Source of the DNA: a virus
Taxonomy: Duplodnaviria; Caudoviricetes
Length of the DNA stretch: 34,805 nucleotides
Strand: one strand, 5' to 3'
Virus record (IMG/VR): IMGVR_UViG_3300033814_000023
Location: 1 to 34,805 of that record
The notes beneath the pieces are model-generated. The model ran no database searches, was not told the DNA's origin, and worked only from the letters and a program-made list of their open reading frames with translations. This document shows, one piece after another, positions 25,965-34,805 of this stretch (positions are counted from its first letter, which is position 1; each line of letters starts with the position of its first letter). The position numbers were made by a program, and so were the translations under genes.

Positions 25965-27020
25965 TTACGAGCCGCCTTGCACGCCCTTGATTAGAACCGA
26001 TGGACGCGTGCAGTAGCAGAGCGGGTTTGACTGGACATCAATGTCGATGTGCGTGTTCTTCGGATCGGGCGTGATCTTCGCGTAAATCGGCCTCCCGATC
26101 GTGTTCACCGTCTCGATATACGGCGCCGGCCCGTAGACGCAGCGGAAGAGGCCCGGGACGCCTATCGGGAACATGTGCGCCTCCTCCGGGTCGACGAACG
26201 TGACCGATCCGACGGAGCCGCGATAGTTTTCCCACACGATCCCGCCGAACTCGAAGGCGCCGTAGATCGCGAGCCCATTCGGGTAAACGTACGGCTCCCG
26301 AAGGATCTGCGCCATCCCGCCCCCGCCGGTGTAGGACTCGCGGACCTCGGCCTCTTTCAGGAGGCGATCGAAGAACTCGTTCCCGCAGAGAGCGTGGACG
26401 CCCAGGATGGAGGCTGCCCCGAGCGAATCGGCCATCGTGCGGACGACGCCAGCGCACTTCTGCCGGAGTTCGCCCGATCCGAAACCCTGCGAGGTGACGT
26501 TGTGCCCGAAGTCGAAGTTGACATCCGCCGTCGCCGTGATCCCGAACTCGGTGAACAGGTTGTAGAGCGTCGTCGACCCGTCCGCATCGAGGATCGTCCC
26601 CTTGATCGCGCCGAGACGGTGATACTCGATCGTGGCCTCGATTGACTGGCCCATCGCGAGCATCTTCTCGTTCACCTTCGTTCCGATCGTCTCCATCGCG
26701 TCCTCGGAACCAAAGGCGCGAACGCCCTGGATCTCGTCCGCGTAGAGCGCGTCGCTCACCGGGAGGTGATGAACCTTCAGCGTCCGCATTCTGCGGTCCG
26801 CCTTCTGGTTCTGCGTCGGCGGTGCCCCCCGCGCCTTGTTCGGCACGAGGTAGAGCCGCCCTTCCTTCTCCTCGATGTCGACGTAAAGCGTGTCTATCCC
26901 CGTCTCATCGAAGAGCCCCATCCGCCCGACCCGTGAGGGGACGAACGGCATCTTGTTGATCGCGTCGGTCAACCTCACGATCCCGAACGCGTCGCCTTTG
27001 AATACGTCCAACATAGTCAT
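25965..27020 (-). CDS. major capsid protein, lambda gpE-like
   Basis: LT.AIN..P..P.R...MGLF, T.EY.R.GA.KG.ILDADG and QSNPL..CTRP. AAAGGAG RBS. Confidence 0.93.
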   Translation of the reverse strand: MTMLDVFKGDAFGIVRLTDAINKMPFVPSRVGRMGLFDETGIDTLYVDIEEKEGRLYLVPNKARGAPPTQNQKADRRMRTLKVHHLPVSDALYADEIQGVRAFGSEDAMETIGTKVNEKMLAMGQSIEATIEYHRLGAIKGTILDADGSTTLYNLFTEFGITATADVNFDFGHNVTSQGFGSGELRQKCAGVVRTMADSLGAASILGVHALCGNEFFDRLLKEAEVRESYTGGGGMAQILREPYVYPNGLAIYGAFEFGGIVWENYRGSVGSVTFVDPEEAHMFPIGVPGLFRCVYGPAPYIETVNTIGRPIYAKITPDPKNTHIDIDVQSNPLCYCTRPSVLIKGVQGGS

Positions 27021-27052
27021 TTCTCCTTTCGATTAGGTTCGCGCTAACGCGA

Positions 27053-27457
27053 TCAGTCGGTCTGCGTCGAGACCGTGGTCCCGACCACCCGCGTCTGAAT
27101 TCCGAGGACGAGCAGGGCTGCGATCCCCGTCGCTTTCTGTCCCGCCGAGAGCGTTGAGAGCCAGACGAGGTCGTCGTCACGGACCTCCGCGTAGCGACGG
27201 ATGAGGACGCCCTTCGCATCGCCCGCCGTCGCATCGACCTCGTTCAGGAGGACGCCGGCCGCAGCCGTGTTGCCTTCGGACGATGCCGGGTCCATCTGCT
27301 GATACTTCCCGTCGTCGCGCAGGCCCATGACGGAGCCCGCTTTCACGCTCGCCGCCGCGACCTGGACGAGCGTCACCTCCTCGCGGGAGAGAAACCCGTT
27401 CGCTTCGCTGATCAGGAACCCCCCGTCATGCGGGAGGACTTCCGTCTTCGTGGTCAT
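27053..27457 (-). CDS. head decoration protein, gpD-like
   Basis: FL.SEA.G..SRE..T, G.V.G, A.GVL...VDAT..D and R.AEV....L.W. Located between the protease and capsid genes. Confidence 0.88.
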   Translation of the reverse strand: MTTKTEVLPHDGGFLISEANGFLSREEVTLVQVAAASVKAGSVMGLRDDGKYQQMDPASSEGNTAAAGVLLNEVDATAGDAKGVLIRRYAEVRDDDLVWLSTLSAGQKATGIAALLVLGIQTRVVGTTVSTQTD

Positions 27458-27510
27458 CTTCGTGCTCCTTTCGTTCTGAAATATGGGTAACGCTCGTCGT
27501 CGCGGCTATT

Positions 27511-27903
27511 CTAGCCCCGCGCGCGACCGGCGTCGGCAAACACCTTTTTCCGCCTCGCGTAGATGGTCGCCGCCGAATCTACAGGCGGAAGTTCTTTCTC
27601 CGGTTGATCCTCGGAACGGATGCCCGGCGCGTGCCGCGTCATCGCATCGTCTAGGCGCGAGGACTTCGGGCTGGCGGCAAGGATCATCTTCGCCGAGTCA
27701 ACCGAATTATCGGTTTCCAGCGCTAGCGTCTGCGCGAGCCGCTCACGGCCCTTCGCTTCGTCGAGCGCGAGAATCGCCTTGATCCGCGCTCGGGCATCAA
27801 CGGACGGGGCGGCCACAGGCGCCGCCGGCGCCGCGGGTTGAGGGGTTGGGGATGCCGCCGGGGCGGGCGCGGCGTCCGCCGCGGGTTTGTTCGGTGCGTC
27901 CAT
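27511..27903 (-). CDS. in-frame nested scaffolding protein (Nu3-like, 130 aa)
   Basis: The internal sequence TAAAGGAGAACCTC-ATG provides a strong RBS before MDAPNKPAA, at the protease/scaffold boundary. Confidence 0.7.
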   Translation of the reverse strand: MDAPNKPAADAAPAPAASPTPQPAAPAAPVAAPSVDARARIKAILALDEAKGRERLAQTLALETDNSVDSAKMILAASPKSSRLDDAMTRHAPGIRSEDQPEKELPPVDSAATIYARRKKVFADAGRARG

Positions 27904-28701
27904 GAGGTTCTCCTTTAGTGGTGATACGGCCGGCCCGCGCAAGACGGTCCGGAGTTGATTCATAAGTCCGACGCGCTCCTCGCGTTTGACGCCGCCTTTC
28001 AAGAGACTTGCGTCAATCCTTCGGACGAGCGCGTAGGGATCGTCATCCTCGTCGTCGTCCTTCTTCCGCACTTTCACGAGATCCGCCGGTAGCAGCGCGT
28101 CTGCAAACCCGTCCTCGATCGCGGCGTCACCGCCGAACCAGGTCTCGGCGTTCATCATCGCTTCGATCGCCTTTTTCCCCTTCCCAGTCCGCGTCGCGTA
28201 AAGCGCGACGAGCGCCTCGTCGAAGGGTTCGATCCAATCCGCGATCTCGCGGAGATCGTTCCGGTTGCCCATCGCGAGCACCCAGACGTTGTGAATCATC
28301 ATGAAGGCCGCATGCCCGATCTCGATCCGGTCCCCGGCCATCGCAACGATCGAAGCGGCTGAAGCGGCTAGACCTAAGACGCGGACCGTAACGCGCCCAG
28401 CGTGGAGCCGCAGCACGTTGTAGATCGCGATCCCCTCGAACATATCCCCACCAGGGGAGTTGATGTTGACGACGACGTCCCCGCCGTTCGTCGCCGCGAG
28501 CGCGCGGGAGACCGTTTTCGCGGAAACGCCGCCCCACTCCTCTGGACCAATGAAATCAAGCACATCTATCGCCACCGTCCCTTCCGAGGAGGCGGCACGG
28601 ATCGCGGGGTTCCAGCGCGCGACGGCGGACTTCGGGAGGTCGAAGGAAACGCCTTCGCGCCGTGCGCCTTGCGCTATCGCCGGGAGATCGACCTTCCGCA
28701 T
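27511..28701 (-). CDS. ClpP-type prohead protease with a C-terminal scaffold
   Basis: INSPGG, G.AASAAS (catalytic Ser), MIHN and ETW...A...GFAD, then an Ala/Pro linker. GGAGGAG RBS. Confidence 0.92.
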   Translation of the reverse strand: MRKVDLPAIAQGARREGVSFDLPKSAVARWNPAIRAASSEGTVAIDVLDFIGPEEWGGVSAKTVSRALAATNGGDVVVNINSPGGDMFEGIAIYNVLRLHAGRVTVRVLGLAASAASIVAMAGDRIEIGHAAFMMIHNVWVLAMGNRNDLREIADWIEPFDEALVALYATRTGKGKKAIEAMMNAETWFGGDAAIEDGFADALLPADLVKVRKKDDDEDDDPYALVRRIDASLLKGGVKREERVGLMNQLRTVLRGPAVSPLKENLMDAPNKPAADAAPAPAASPTPQPAAPAAPVAAPSVDARARIKAILALDEAKGRERLAQTLALETDNSVDSAKMILAASPKSSRLDDAMTRHAPGIRSEDQPEKELPPVDSAATIYARRKKVFADAGRARG

Positions 28702-28744
28702 CCGGTTCTCCTCCGCACCTGATGGGCGCGTTCACACTCGTCGA

Positions 28745-28802
28745 GCGAATTATACGCGCATTCGCCGTTCTCACCCCACCGCCATTTCCCATCCGCGCAT
28801 TC
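28745..28802 (-). promoter_or_regulatory. candidate promoter / operator in the portal-protease spacer
   Basis: A perfect TATAAT (28749-28754, minus strand) overlaps a GCGAAT-N9-ATTCGC inverted repeat, and GAATGCGCG occurs twice. There is no good -35 box. Confidence 0.4.
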
Positions 28803-28813
28803 CATGCAAGGCA

Positions 28814-30466
28814 TCACGCCCCCCTTCCGCCCGCGCCGCGGGCCGCTTCATCTTCCGCTTCCCGCCGCGGTTCCTCCGGGGCATCCGGGGGTTGCGCCAC
28901 CGGGGTCGGTGCGTTCGGGTCCGGAAGCGTGACTCCGCGCCGCTTCGCGTACCGCTTCTCCTGCGCCTGCTGGTCTATCAGATCGCGCCACCGCTTTCCG
29001 CCGAGCGCCGCCTGCTCCTCCATCGTGGTCAAGCCGAGGGAGAACATAACCTTGATTGCATTCGCTTCCTTCAAGGGATCAACGTGACCTCTCCCCGGTC
29101 CGATCCAATCGCAGGTCGCCCACGCCGTTTTCGCTTCCAGAAAACCCGGAAGTCCAGCCGGCAGCACCACCTCTCCGCGCTCTATGGCCTCCTCCAGCCA
29201 CAGCGCATAAATTTGGGTGGCGAACCAGCCACCGATGAGATATTGCTTGACGGAGAAAAAGCGCCATGCCTCAAGCATCGCGGCGCGACCGGAGGAGTAA
29301 TTCGTCTTACTGTAGTCCCGCGATAGCTGTTCGTAGGTCAGGTTCCACCCCGCCGCGAGGTAGCGGAGCGATGCTTCCTCGAAGGCGTTGAATGCGGGCG
29401 TCGGATGCTGCGGCGTGAGGTGCTTCAGTTCCTCTCCCGGAAATAGGTGCGGGATGCTCAACCCGTTGAACCGAATCATCGAGTTTTCGTGCCAGCCCTT
29501 CACGTTCTGCATGTAGGCGAGCGTCGGATCGTTGTCCGCGTTCCCACCGCCGATGGCAGAAGCCACTGAAGGCCAGTCGAGCGAGGATTGGATGTAGGCG
29601 GCATACATCGCGTTGAAAACGGCGGCCTCCAACGATGCCTTCTCGAACTTGTCGAGCATCTTGTGCTTCAGTAGTACCGATGCGATACCATTCTTTCCCC
29701 GTGACTGCCCCGGATCATCGTTGTCGAAAACGTGGATCACCATCGGGCGACCCCATGGTGTCTCACGCGGAACGTAGCGCCAGGAGCGCGGGGCGCTGGT
29801 CAGGAAGGCCCAGTCGGCATCAACGCGCGAGGCAATGTGATACCCGACCGGCTCACCCATCGCACCTAACGCCACCCCGGCGCGCAGCCGCTCCGCATCC
29901 ATCCGCCCCACGGGGTTTGAGAGCCGCGCCGGGTCGATCATCTGGATCGCCGTGGCATAGGATGATCCGCGACCGGGGAGCCATTCCGCCGTCGCGAGTA
30001 TCTCGAACGCCGTGAGGTAGGAACGATACGCTTGGGCAAACATGGCGGAGAGCCGGGAACGTCGGGAGGCATCGCAATAGCAACCCAAATCCTCTGCCCA
30101 AGCGTCGAACTTAGATTCGATCAAGTCCTCCAACTCGTCGATTTCCCCGTTCATCATCTCATCGTCCGGCTTGATCCCGAGCGCACGGCGGTCCGGCTTC
30201 GCATTCAAGAGCAACCCGGAACCGATCACGTTATCGACGTGCGTCTGCACCGCGCCGGAGGCGATGCCATGATTGCGAATCACATCGCGCGTGCGGTCCC
30301 GCAGAATCTCCAATTCTGGGAGCAGCGCGGAGTCAGCGGAATAGGAACCGGCATTCCACGATGCAAGTTCCTGGCTCTGGCGTGACGCCCCCTCGTGCGC
30401 CGTGCGCGCCATCGGTCGCGCGTATTGATCGAGCAGCACCGGAAACTGGGAGCGCGGGTTCACCAA
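28814..30466 (-). CDS. portal protein, lambda family
   Basis: LR.R.RD..RN, NVIG.G, GQ.RG, YEQLS.DYS..NYSS.R and W.GPGR..VDP.KE. Confidence 0.95.
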   Translation of the reverse strand: MVNPRSQFPVLLDQYARPMARTAHEGASRQSQELASWNAGSYSADSALLPELEILRDRTRDVIRNHGIASGAVQTHVDNVIGSGLLLNAKPDRRALGIKPDDEMMNGEIDELEDLIESKFDAWAEDLGCYCDASRRSRLSAMFAQAYRSYLTAFEILATAEWLPGRGSSYATAIQMIDPARLSNPVGRMDAERLRAGVALGAMGEPVGYHIASRVDADWAFLTSAPRSWRYVPRETPWGRPMVIHVFDNDDPGQSRGKNGIASVLLKHKMLDKFEKASLEAAVFNAMYAAYIQSSLDWPSVASAIGGGNADNDPTLAYMQNVKGWHENSMIRFNGLSIPHLFPGEELKHLTPQHPTPAFNAFEEASLRYLAAGWNLTYEQLSRDYSKTNYSSGRAAMLEAWRFFSVKQYLIGGWFATQIYALWLEEAIERGEVVLPAGLPGFLEAKTAWATCDWIGPGRGHVDPLKEANAIKVMFSLGLTTMEEQAALGGKRWRDLIDQQAQEKRYAKRRGVTLPDPNAPTPVAQPPDAPEEPRREAEDEAARGAGGRGA

Positions 30467-30678
30467 ATCACCCTGAATGGACGCCTCTGATACGTCGTGG
30501 GATCAACGAGCGCCTTCAACTCCGCGATATATTGTCGGAGCTTGTCGATGTCCCCTGGATAGAACGTGAGCCGCCGATCGTCGTAGCCCACCGTAACCAC
30601 ACGCTTCCCGGTCAGGAGCGAATGGAGCGCCGTTTCGGCCTCGGCGAGCTTTTCCGCGTTCGTCAGTTCGGCCATCAC
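30460..30678 (-). CDS. head-to-tail joining protein gpW-like
   Basis: 72 aa, L.EA..ALH.L.TG..V..V....R...F....I..L..YI..L, directly upstream of the portal. Confidence 0.88.
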   Translation of the reverse strand: MMAELTNAEKLAEAETALHSLLTGKRVVTVGYDDRRLTFYPGDIDKLRQYIAELKALVDPTTYQRRPFRVIW

Positions 30679-30684
30679 ATCACC

Positions 30685-33321
30685 TCAAAAGTCCATCGCG
30701 TCGCCCGATGGCGGCGCGCTGTGCTCGAAGTCCATCTGTGCTTCGTCAAGGTCACGCTCCAGGAGTATTTTACCCCTTGCGTCATGTTCAGCCGTTGCCA
30801 CGGTCGAAATCCATGCCTCAAGCGATGCGGATGCACTTAACCCGAAGCGGACGGCCGCCGAGAGGTCGGAGGACGCCGAAAGCTGCGCGAGCAGCACCGT
30901 ATCGAGAGTTACGGCTATCGCGTTCGGAAGCGCAACGACAGCGGAAACGGTCGCGAGAGCGAAGTTACCGACTCGAACCGCTGCATCGGTGCTCGCATTC
31001 CGCGAGTTCGTCGCGCGGATCGCCGCGTCTATCGTAGCCGCCCGCTCCGTGGCGGAGGATACCAGCGCGTCGAGGGTCGCGGCAACCGAGCGGCTTGCTT
31101 GGATCGCGGCATCAAGGCTCGCGATCTGGGACATCTCCCCGATCTCCGCGACGAAGGCCGAGAGTGTGGCCGTCTCGCTCTCGGCGGCGCGGATCGCCGC
31201 ATCGAGCGTGACCGACGCTGTGCGCGCGGCTTCTATCGCAGCATCGAGCGTCGCAGACTCGGATATGGCGGTGGCAACTGCGGCGTCAAGAGTGGTAGTC
31301 CGATTCGCAGCGACGCGGATCGCTGCATCTACCGTCGCAGCCGTGGAGCGTGCGATTGCTATCGCCGCGTCGAGAATGGACTCGATCTCGTGAACCTGCG
31401 TCTTGCCGGAATAGTCACCGTGCCGCCGCCAGCCACCGAACAGGAACGGTCGCGTGAGCATGCCCACCGGATGCGGCCCGCCCTCCTCCGTGATTTGCGC
31501 GTTGAGCGTTGCGGAAGCTGAGCGGGCGGCACGGACAGCGGCATCGAGTGTTGCGGTGAGCGATTGCTGCCCCGCGCCGAGGGTAAGTTCCGGCGTGATG
31601 GTGTAGGCATCAAGCGGCAGCCATGCGCCAGCCGCCTCGATCAGCGCGTCAAGCGTGGCCGTGAGCGTCTGGGCGGACCGAATGACCGCGTCCTGAATCG
31701 CCGTCGCAGTCCATTCAACTGCGACCGCCGCATCTAGCGTAGCGGTCAGTGATCGCGCAAGGTGGATTGCGGCATCAAGGGAAGCAGTTGCCGCATTCGC
31801 CGCTCTTATCGCCGCATCAATGGTCGCCGCGAGTTCGCTTGCCGTGGATACGTTCGCGTCGAGCGTTGCGCTTTCGCTTCGCGCCACCTCCACTGCTCCG
31901 TCCACGGTGCCGGTAACGGTGCGCGCCACCTCTACCGCAGCATCGAGCGTGGCGGCTGCGTCGCGCTGCGCTTCTACCGCAGCCAAGAATGTCGCGCTCG
32001 CTGTCCGCGCCTCTTGGATTGCTGCGTCCAACGTCGCGGCTGCGGACATCGCCGCGCCGGATAGCGTCAATTCCGGTGTTACAGAATAGATGTCGAACGG
32101 CGCCCACGGCGAAATCCGGGCGTCAAGGATAGCGATTCCGGTCCGGCGTGTCGCGATTGCGGAGTCAAAGGTCGCGCTCGCGGAAGTGGCTGCTACCGTC
32201 GCCGCGTCAATCGTCGCCATTGCTTCGAGTGCACGACGCACCGCGGCGTCCATCGTCGTCGTGACCTGCGACCCGGCGTTGACGCTCGCATCGAGCGTTG
32301 TAACAATTTCCCGCGCCAACTCGACCGCAGCGTCAAATGTGGCCGTTACGGTCGCCGCGCCCTGCACTTGCGAATCGAGGGTGACGGTCCGCGTCTGAGC
32401 TTCGGCGACCGCTGCTTCGAGCGTCGCGCTGTGGGACGCTACACTTTCGACCGCCGCATTTAACGTGGTCGTTTCAGTTACAGCGCGTTCGATGGCAGCA
32501 TCAAGAGTTACGGTCTTCGAGTTCTGTACCGCCCCTGTTTCAAGCGCCAATTCCGGCGTGACGGTGTAATCATCCAACACCATCCACGGGTAGATGAACG
32601 CTCCGAGAGTTACGGTCTTAGGTGTCGCGGAGAATTCGATCCCCGCCGCAATCGTCGCCGTGTTCGGCGTCTGCTGCGTGATCGACTCCTTGATCGCGAG
32701 CGCAACGAAGGCAACGTCGTCCGTTGCGGAGACGTAGCCGATCAGGAACTGGTTCTGCGACGCGTTCGTCTGGCGGTCCATCCGGGAGCAGAACGCGCCG
32801 AAATCGTGATCGTGAAGCGCGGTCATCCTCGGGAGCGGGCCGACATTCGAGAGCGGGTGTGGAAGCCCCGAGTAGAGCACGGAGAAGGCGAGGGCGGTCT
32901 CGCCCGCGTAGTCAAGCGTGACGCGCGGATCCGCTTGGTTGTTCGAGAGCGTGCTGCTGGTCTTGACCGCGAGGTCCGAGGCTCCGGAGAGCGCGACGCA
33001 GACGAACTGGATGTCCGTCGCCGTCGCGCTCGCGAGATCTACCGATACGGTCTGATCGCCCGAGAGCCCGGAGAGCCCGGTCCCGACGAAGTAGGCGTAG
33101 ACCCGCCCCGCCTCCGTCGTGTCGTCCGTCGCCGTCGCGACTCGGGCAAGAGCTACTCCGCCGAAGCTCACCGTCCCGGTGATGAGGTCCGTGTTCTCCG
33201 TCCCGTGCGCGGCAAGAAGAAGAACACCCTTCGGCGTCCCCGGCGAAGTTGCCGTGAACGTGTACGGGTCGGTCGTCGCGGTCCGGACCGATTCCGTTAC
33301 GCCGGTGATGCCTATGGTCAT
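30685..33321 (-). CDS. 878-aa putative virion fibre or decoration protein with ~36 14-aa repeats
   Basis: An N-terminal ~215-aa beta-rich domain, then T(L/I/F)DAA(V/I)-x8 repeats rich in Ala/Thr/Ser. Confidence 0.75.
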   Translation of the reverse strand: MTIGITGVTESVRTATTDPYTFTATSPGTPKGVLLLAAHGTENTDLITGTVSFGGVALARVATATDDTTEAGRVYAYFVGTGLSGLSGDQTVSVDLASATATDIQFVCVALSGASDLAVKTSSTLSNNQADPRVTLDYAGETALAFSVLYSGLPHPLSNVGPLPRMTALHDHDFGAFCSRMDRQTNASQNQFLIGYVSATDDVAFVALAIKESITQQTPNTATIAAGIEFSATPKTVTLGAFIYPWMVLDDYTVTPELALETGAVQNSKTVTLDAAIERAVTETTTLNAAVESVASHSATLEAAVAEAQTRTVTLDSQVQGAATVTATFDAAVELAREIVTTLDASVNAGSQVTTTMDAAVRRALEAMATIDAATVAATSASATFDSAIATRRTGIAILDARISPWAPFDIYSVTPELTLSGAAMSAAATLDAAIQEARTASATFLAAVEAQRDAAATLDAAVEVARTVTGTVDGAVEVARSESATLDANVSTASELAATIDAAIRAANAATASLDAAIHLARSLTATLDAAVAVEWTATAIQDAVIRSAQTLTATLDALIEAAGAWLPLDAYTITPELTLGAGQQSLTATLDAAVRAARSASATLNAQITEEGGPHPVGMLTRPFLFGGWRRHGDYSGKTQVHEIESILDAAIAIARSTAATVDAAIRVAANRTTTLDAAVATAISESATLDAAIEAARTASVTLDAAIRAAESETATLSAFVAEIGEMSQIASLDAAIQASRSVAATLDALVSSATERAATIDAAIRATNSRNASTDAAVRVGNFALATVSAVVALPNAIAVTLDTVLLAQLSASSDLSAAVRFGLSASASLEAWISTVATAEHDARGKILLERDLDEAQMDFEHSAPPSGDAMDF

Positions 33322-33325
33322 GGCG

Positions 33326-33973
33326 TCAGCTTATCGTCGCCTCATCGCCCGCAACCGGGGCATGGGTCAACGCGGTGACGGTCAAGCCACCAGTCGCTGA
33401 GGCTCCGGTGATGTTCGTAGATTGGGCGCGCAGCCCTTCCGTGATCGTGTCATCCTCGAACGTGAGGATTTTCCCGTTGAACTGGCCATCGGTCACGGAA
33501 TCAGGCGCGAGGTTCGCGGGCTGAACAATCGTAGTAGTCGAACCTGCCCCGACCGTGACCTCGACGATTCCCTTCGCGAGCCGGACCATCTTCCTGACCA
33601 CGTCGGAGCGGCCCTGGAACGCCTGGACGTTGACGTTGAGGAGCCCGTCCGTTCCGAGAAGCGAGGCGAGAAGATCGTAGGCGTCCCCGGTCGCTGGGAA
33701 CGCCTCGGGATAGACCTGGACCGTGACCGGAATAGCACCAGCGCCAACAAACGTGAACGCGACATGGTTCGCATTCGTCTCCGCCTGCGCCGGGGCGTAG
33801 GAGTAATACCCGTGCCCCTCGTGAGTCGCCCCGCCCCCGCCGACGGAGCCGAGCGCCATCGCGCCGCCATCCTTCGTCACGTAGACGAGCACGGGGTCCG
33901 ATCCCTCATTTCCACTTCCGTCTAGGTCGATCATCTGCGCCCCGACCGACTGGCCCGCGACATTCTTCTTCAT
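33326..33973 (-). CDS. hypothetical protein, probably virion structural
   Basis: 215 aa, Gly/Thr/Ala/Val-rich, coupled to the upstream gene by an ATGA overlap with a GGAGG RBS. Confidence 0.65.
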   Translation of the reverse strand: MKKNVAGQSVGAQMIDLDGSGNEGSDPVLVYVTKDGGAMALGSVGGGGATHEGHGYYSYAPAQAETNANHVAFTFVGAGAIPVTVQVYPEAFPATGDAYDLLASLLGTDGLLNVNVQAFQGRSDVVRKMVRLAKGIVEVTVGAGSTTTIVQPANLAPDSVTDGQFNGKILTFEDDTITEGLRAQSTNITGASATGGLTVTALTHAPVAGDEATIS

Positions 33974-34805
33974 CGGATCAAACCTCCTTGCGCGTTAGCC
34001 GCGAACTGCGGCTTGAACGGCGCCCCGCCGCCGTTGCCACCCGGCAGCTCGCCCTGGGTGAAGGCGTGGAAGCCGATGTCGGTGTTAGGGGTAGACCAGT
34101 CACGGATGCTGCCGAAGAAGTCGTCCCAGACCTTTGCTGTATCTACGCCCGCGCCAATAGCATAACTGCCCGCGGTGATTTGGAAGTCGACAGGATTGAC
34201 TGGTGAGCCGCTGGTAAAGTTTGGCGATGTGGCTCCTACTTGCGCAGTTGAGGAATTATTCGACGCGCTGAGACCTGAAGCTCCCGTGCCATTCAATAGA
34301 ACGTGGTTTGAATCACTCGGCGCATATCCGAGATTATTTTTAACCGTGATGTTCGTAACGCTCGAACCAAGTTCGACCGCGATGAAATCGTTGTCCGACG
34401 CCGAGCTATAGAATGTGTTAGCGAGAACGCGGCACAGATCAGATGCGGGTTCTATGCCTCTCCGAGAAATAATGATGCCTTGCTTAGCTGCCATCGCACT
34501 TACGTTAAGCAGATTATTGCGCGCCGTTATTTCGGACGCCCATACTATGACCTGAACTTGGTTAGCCGATGCTCCATTGTTCATGTTTCGCTCGTAGATC
34601 ACGTTGCGCACGCGCTCATCGCTACCGCCATCTTGCGGCCCAATAGCGATGGTCCAGGCTTCGCTGCCACCAACCACATCGTTGTCCGAGATCACAATTT
34701 GTTCACTGTAAGTGCCGACCCCATCAGGATTGCTAACGCCCGCTGAACCCCATAAATATGCATGGAGTTTGATTACGTGATGGGTAGCACCAGCGCCAGC
34801 GAGCC
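33970..34805 (-). CDS. right-handed beta-helix (pectate-lyase-like) protein, C-terminal part
   Basis: The frame stays open to the window edge (…LAGAGATHHVIKLHAYLWGSAGVSNPDGVGTYSEQIVISDN…). Asn-ladder strands (ISDN, YERN, ARNN, LANTF, VKNN) and a DF...GS.AI.AG…D.G..R….DIG C-terminal cap. Confidence 0.72.
   Translation of the reverse strand, partial: LAGAGATHHVIKLHAYLWGSAGVSNPDGVGTYSEQIVISDNDVVGGSEAWTIAIGPQDGGSDERVRNVIYERNMNNGASANQVQVIVWASEITARNNLLNVSAMAAKQGIIISRRGIEPASDLCRVLANTFYSSASDNDFIAVELGSSVTNITVKNNLGYAPSDSNHVLLNGTGASGLSASNNSSTAQVGATSPNFTSGSPVNPVDFQITAGSYAIGAGVDTAKVWDDFFGSIRDWSTPNTDIGFHAFTQGELPGGNGGGAPFKPQFAANAQGGLIR

Noticed and set aside
30800-32520. CRISPR array or DNA tandem repeat in the 42-bp periodic region
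   Set aside because: The periodicity is at amino-acid level with degenerate codons inside an open frame, and there are no identical repeats with unique spacers.
1-34805. tRNA, rRNA, integrase, transposase, tail sheath or clear intrinsic terminators
   Set aside because: None was recognisable by eye and intergenic space is minimal. A covariance-model search was not possible.

Overview
This window is a GC-rich, almost gapless minus-strand operon from a lambda-like, non-contractile-tailed phage or prophage of a Gram-negative host. Read right to left, it encodes: three unusual putative virion proteins (a beta-helix protein, a 215-aa protein and an 878-aa protein built on 14-aa repeats); gpW; portal; a ClpP-type prohead protease with a nested scaffold; head decoration protein; major capsid; a head-tail joining protein; a 16-gene, ~16-kb nucleotide-sugar biosynthesis and glycosyltransferase cassette (9678-25623); tail terminator; tail tube; a tail chaperone with a -1 frameshift; tape measure; tail-tip proteins; and a lysis module (membrane proteins, a DUF5675-like enzyme, Rz/Rz1 spanins). 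Two things stand out. First, the glycan cassette is translationally coupled into the morphogenesis operon and suggests a self-encoded virion glycosylation system that makes an exotic, probably 3,6-dideoxy or branched, sugar. Second, a 353-aa intein splits the CxxxCxxC motif of a radical SAM enzyme and hides a complete NUMOD3-like/Vsr-like homing endonuclease gene in its +1 reading frame. All family calls come from motifs recognised by eye; no database searches were run.
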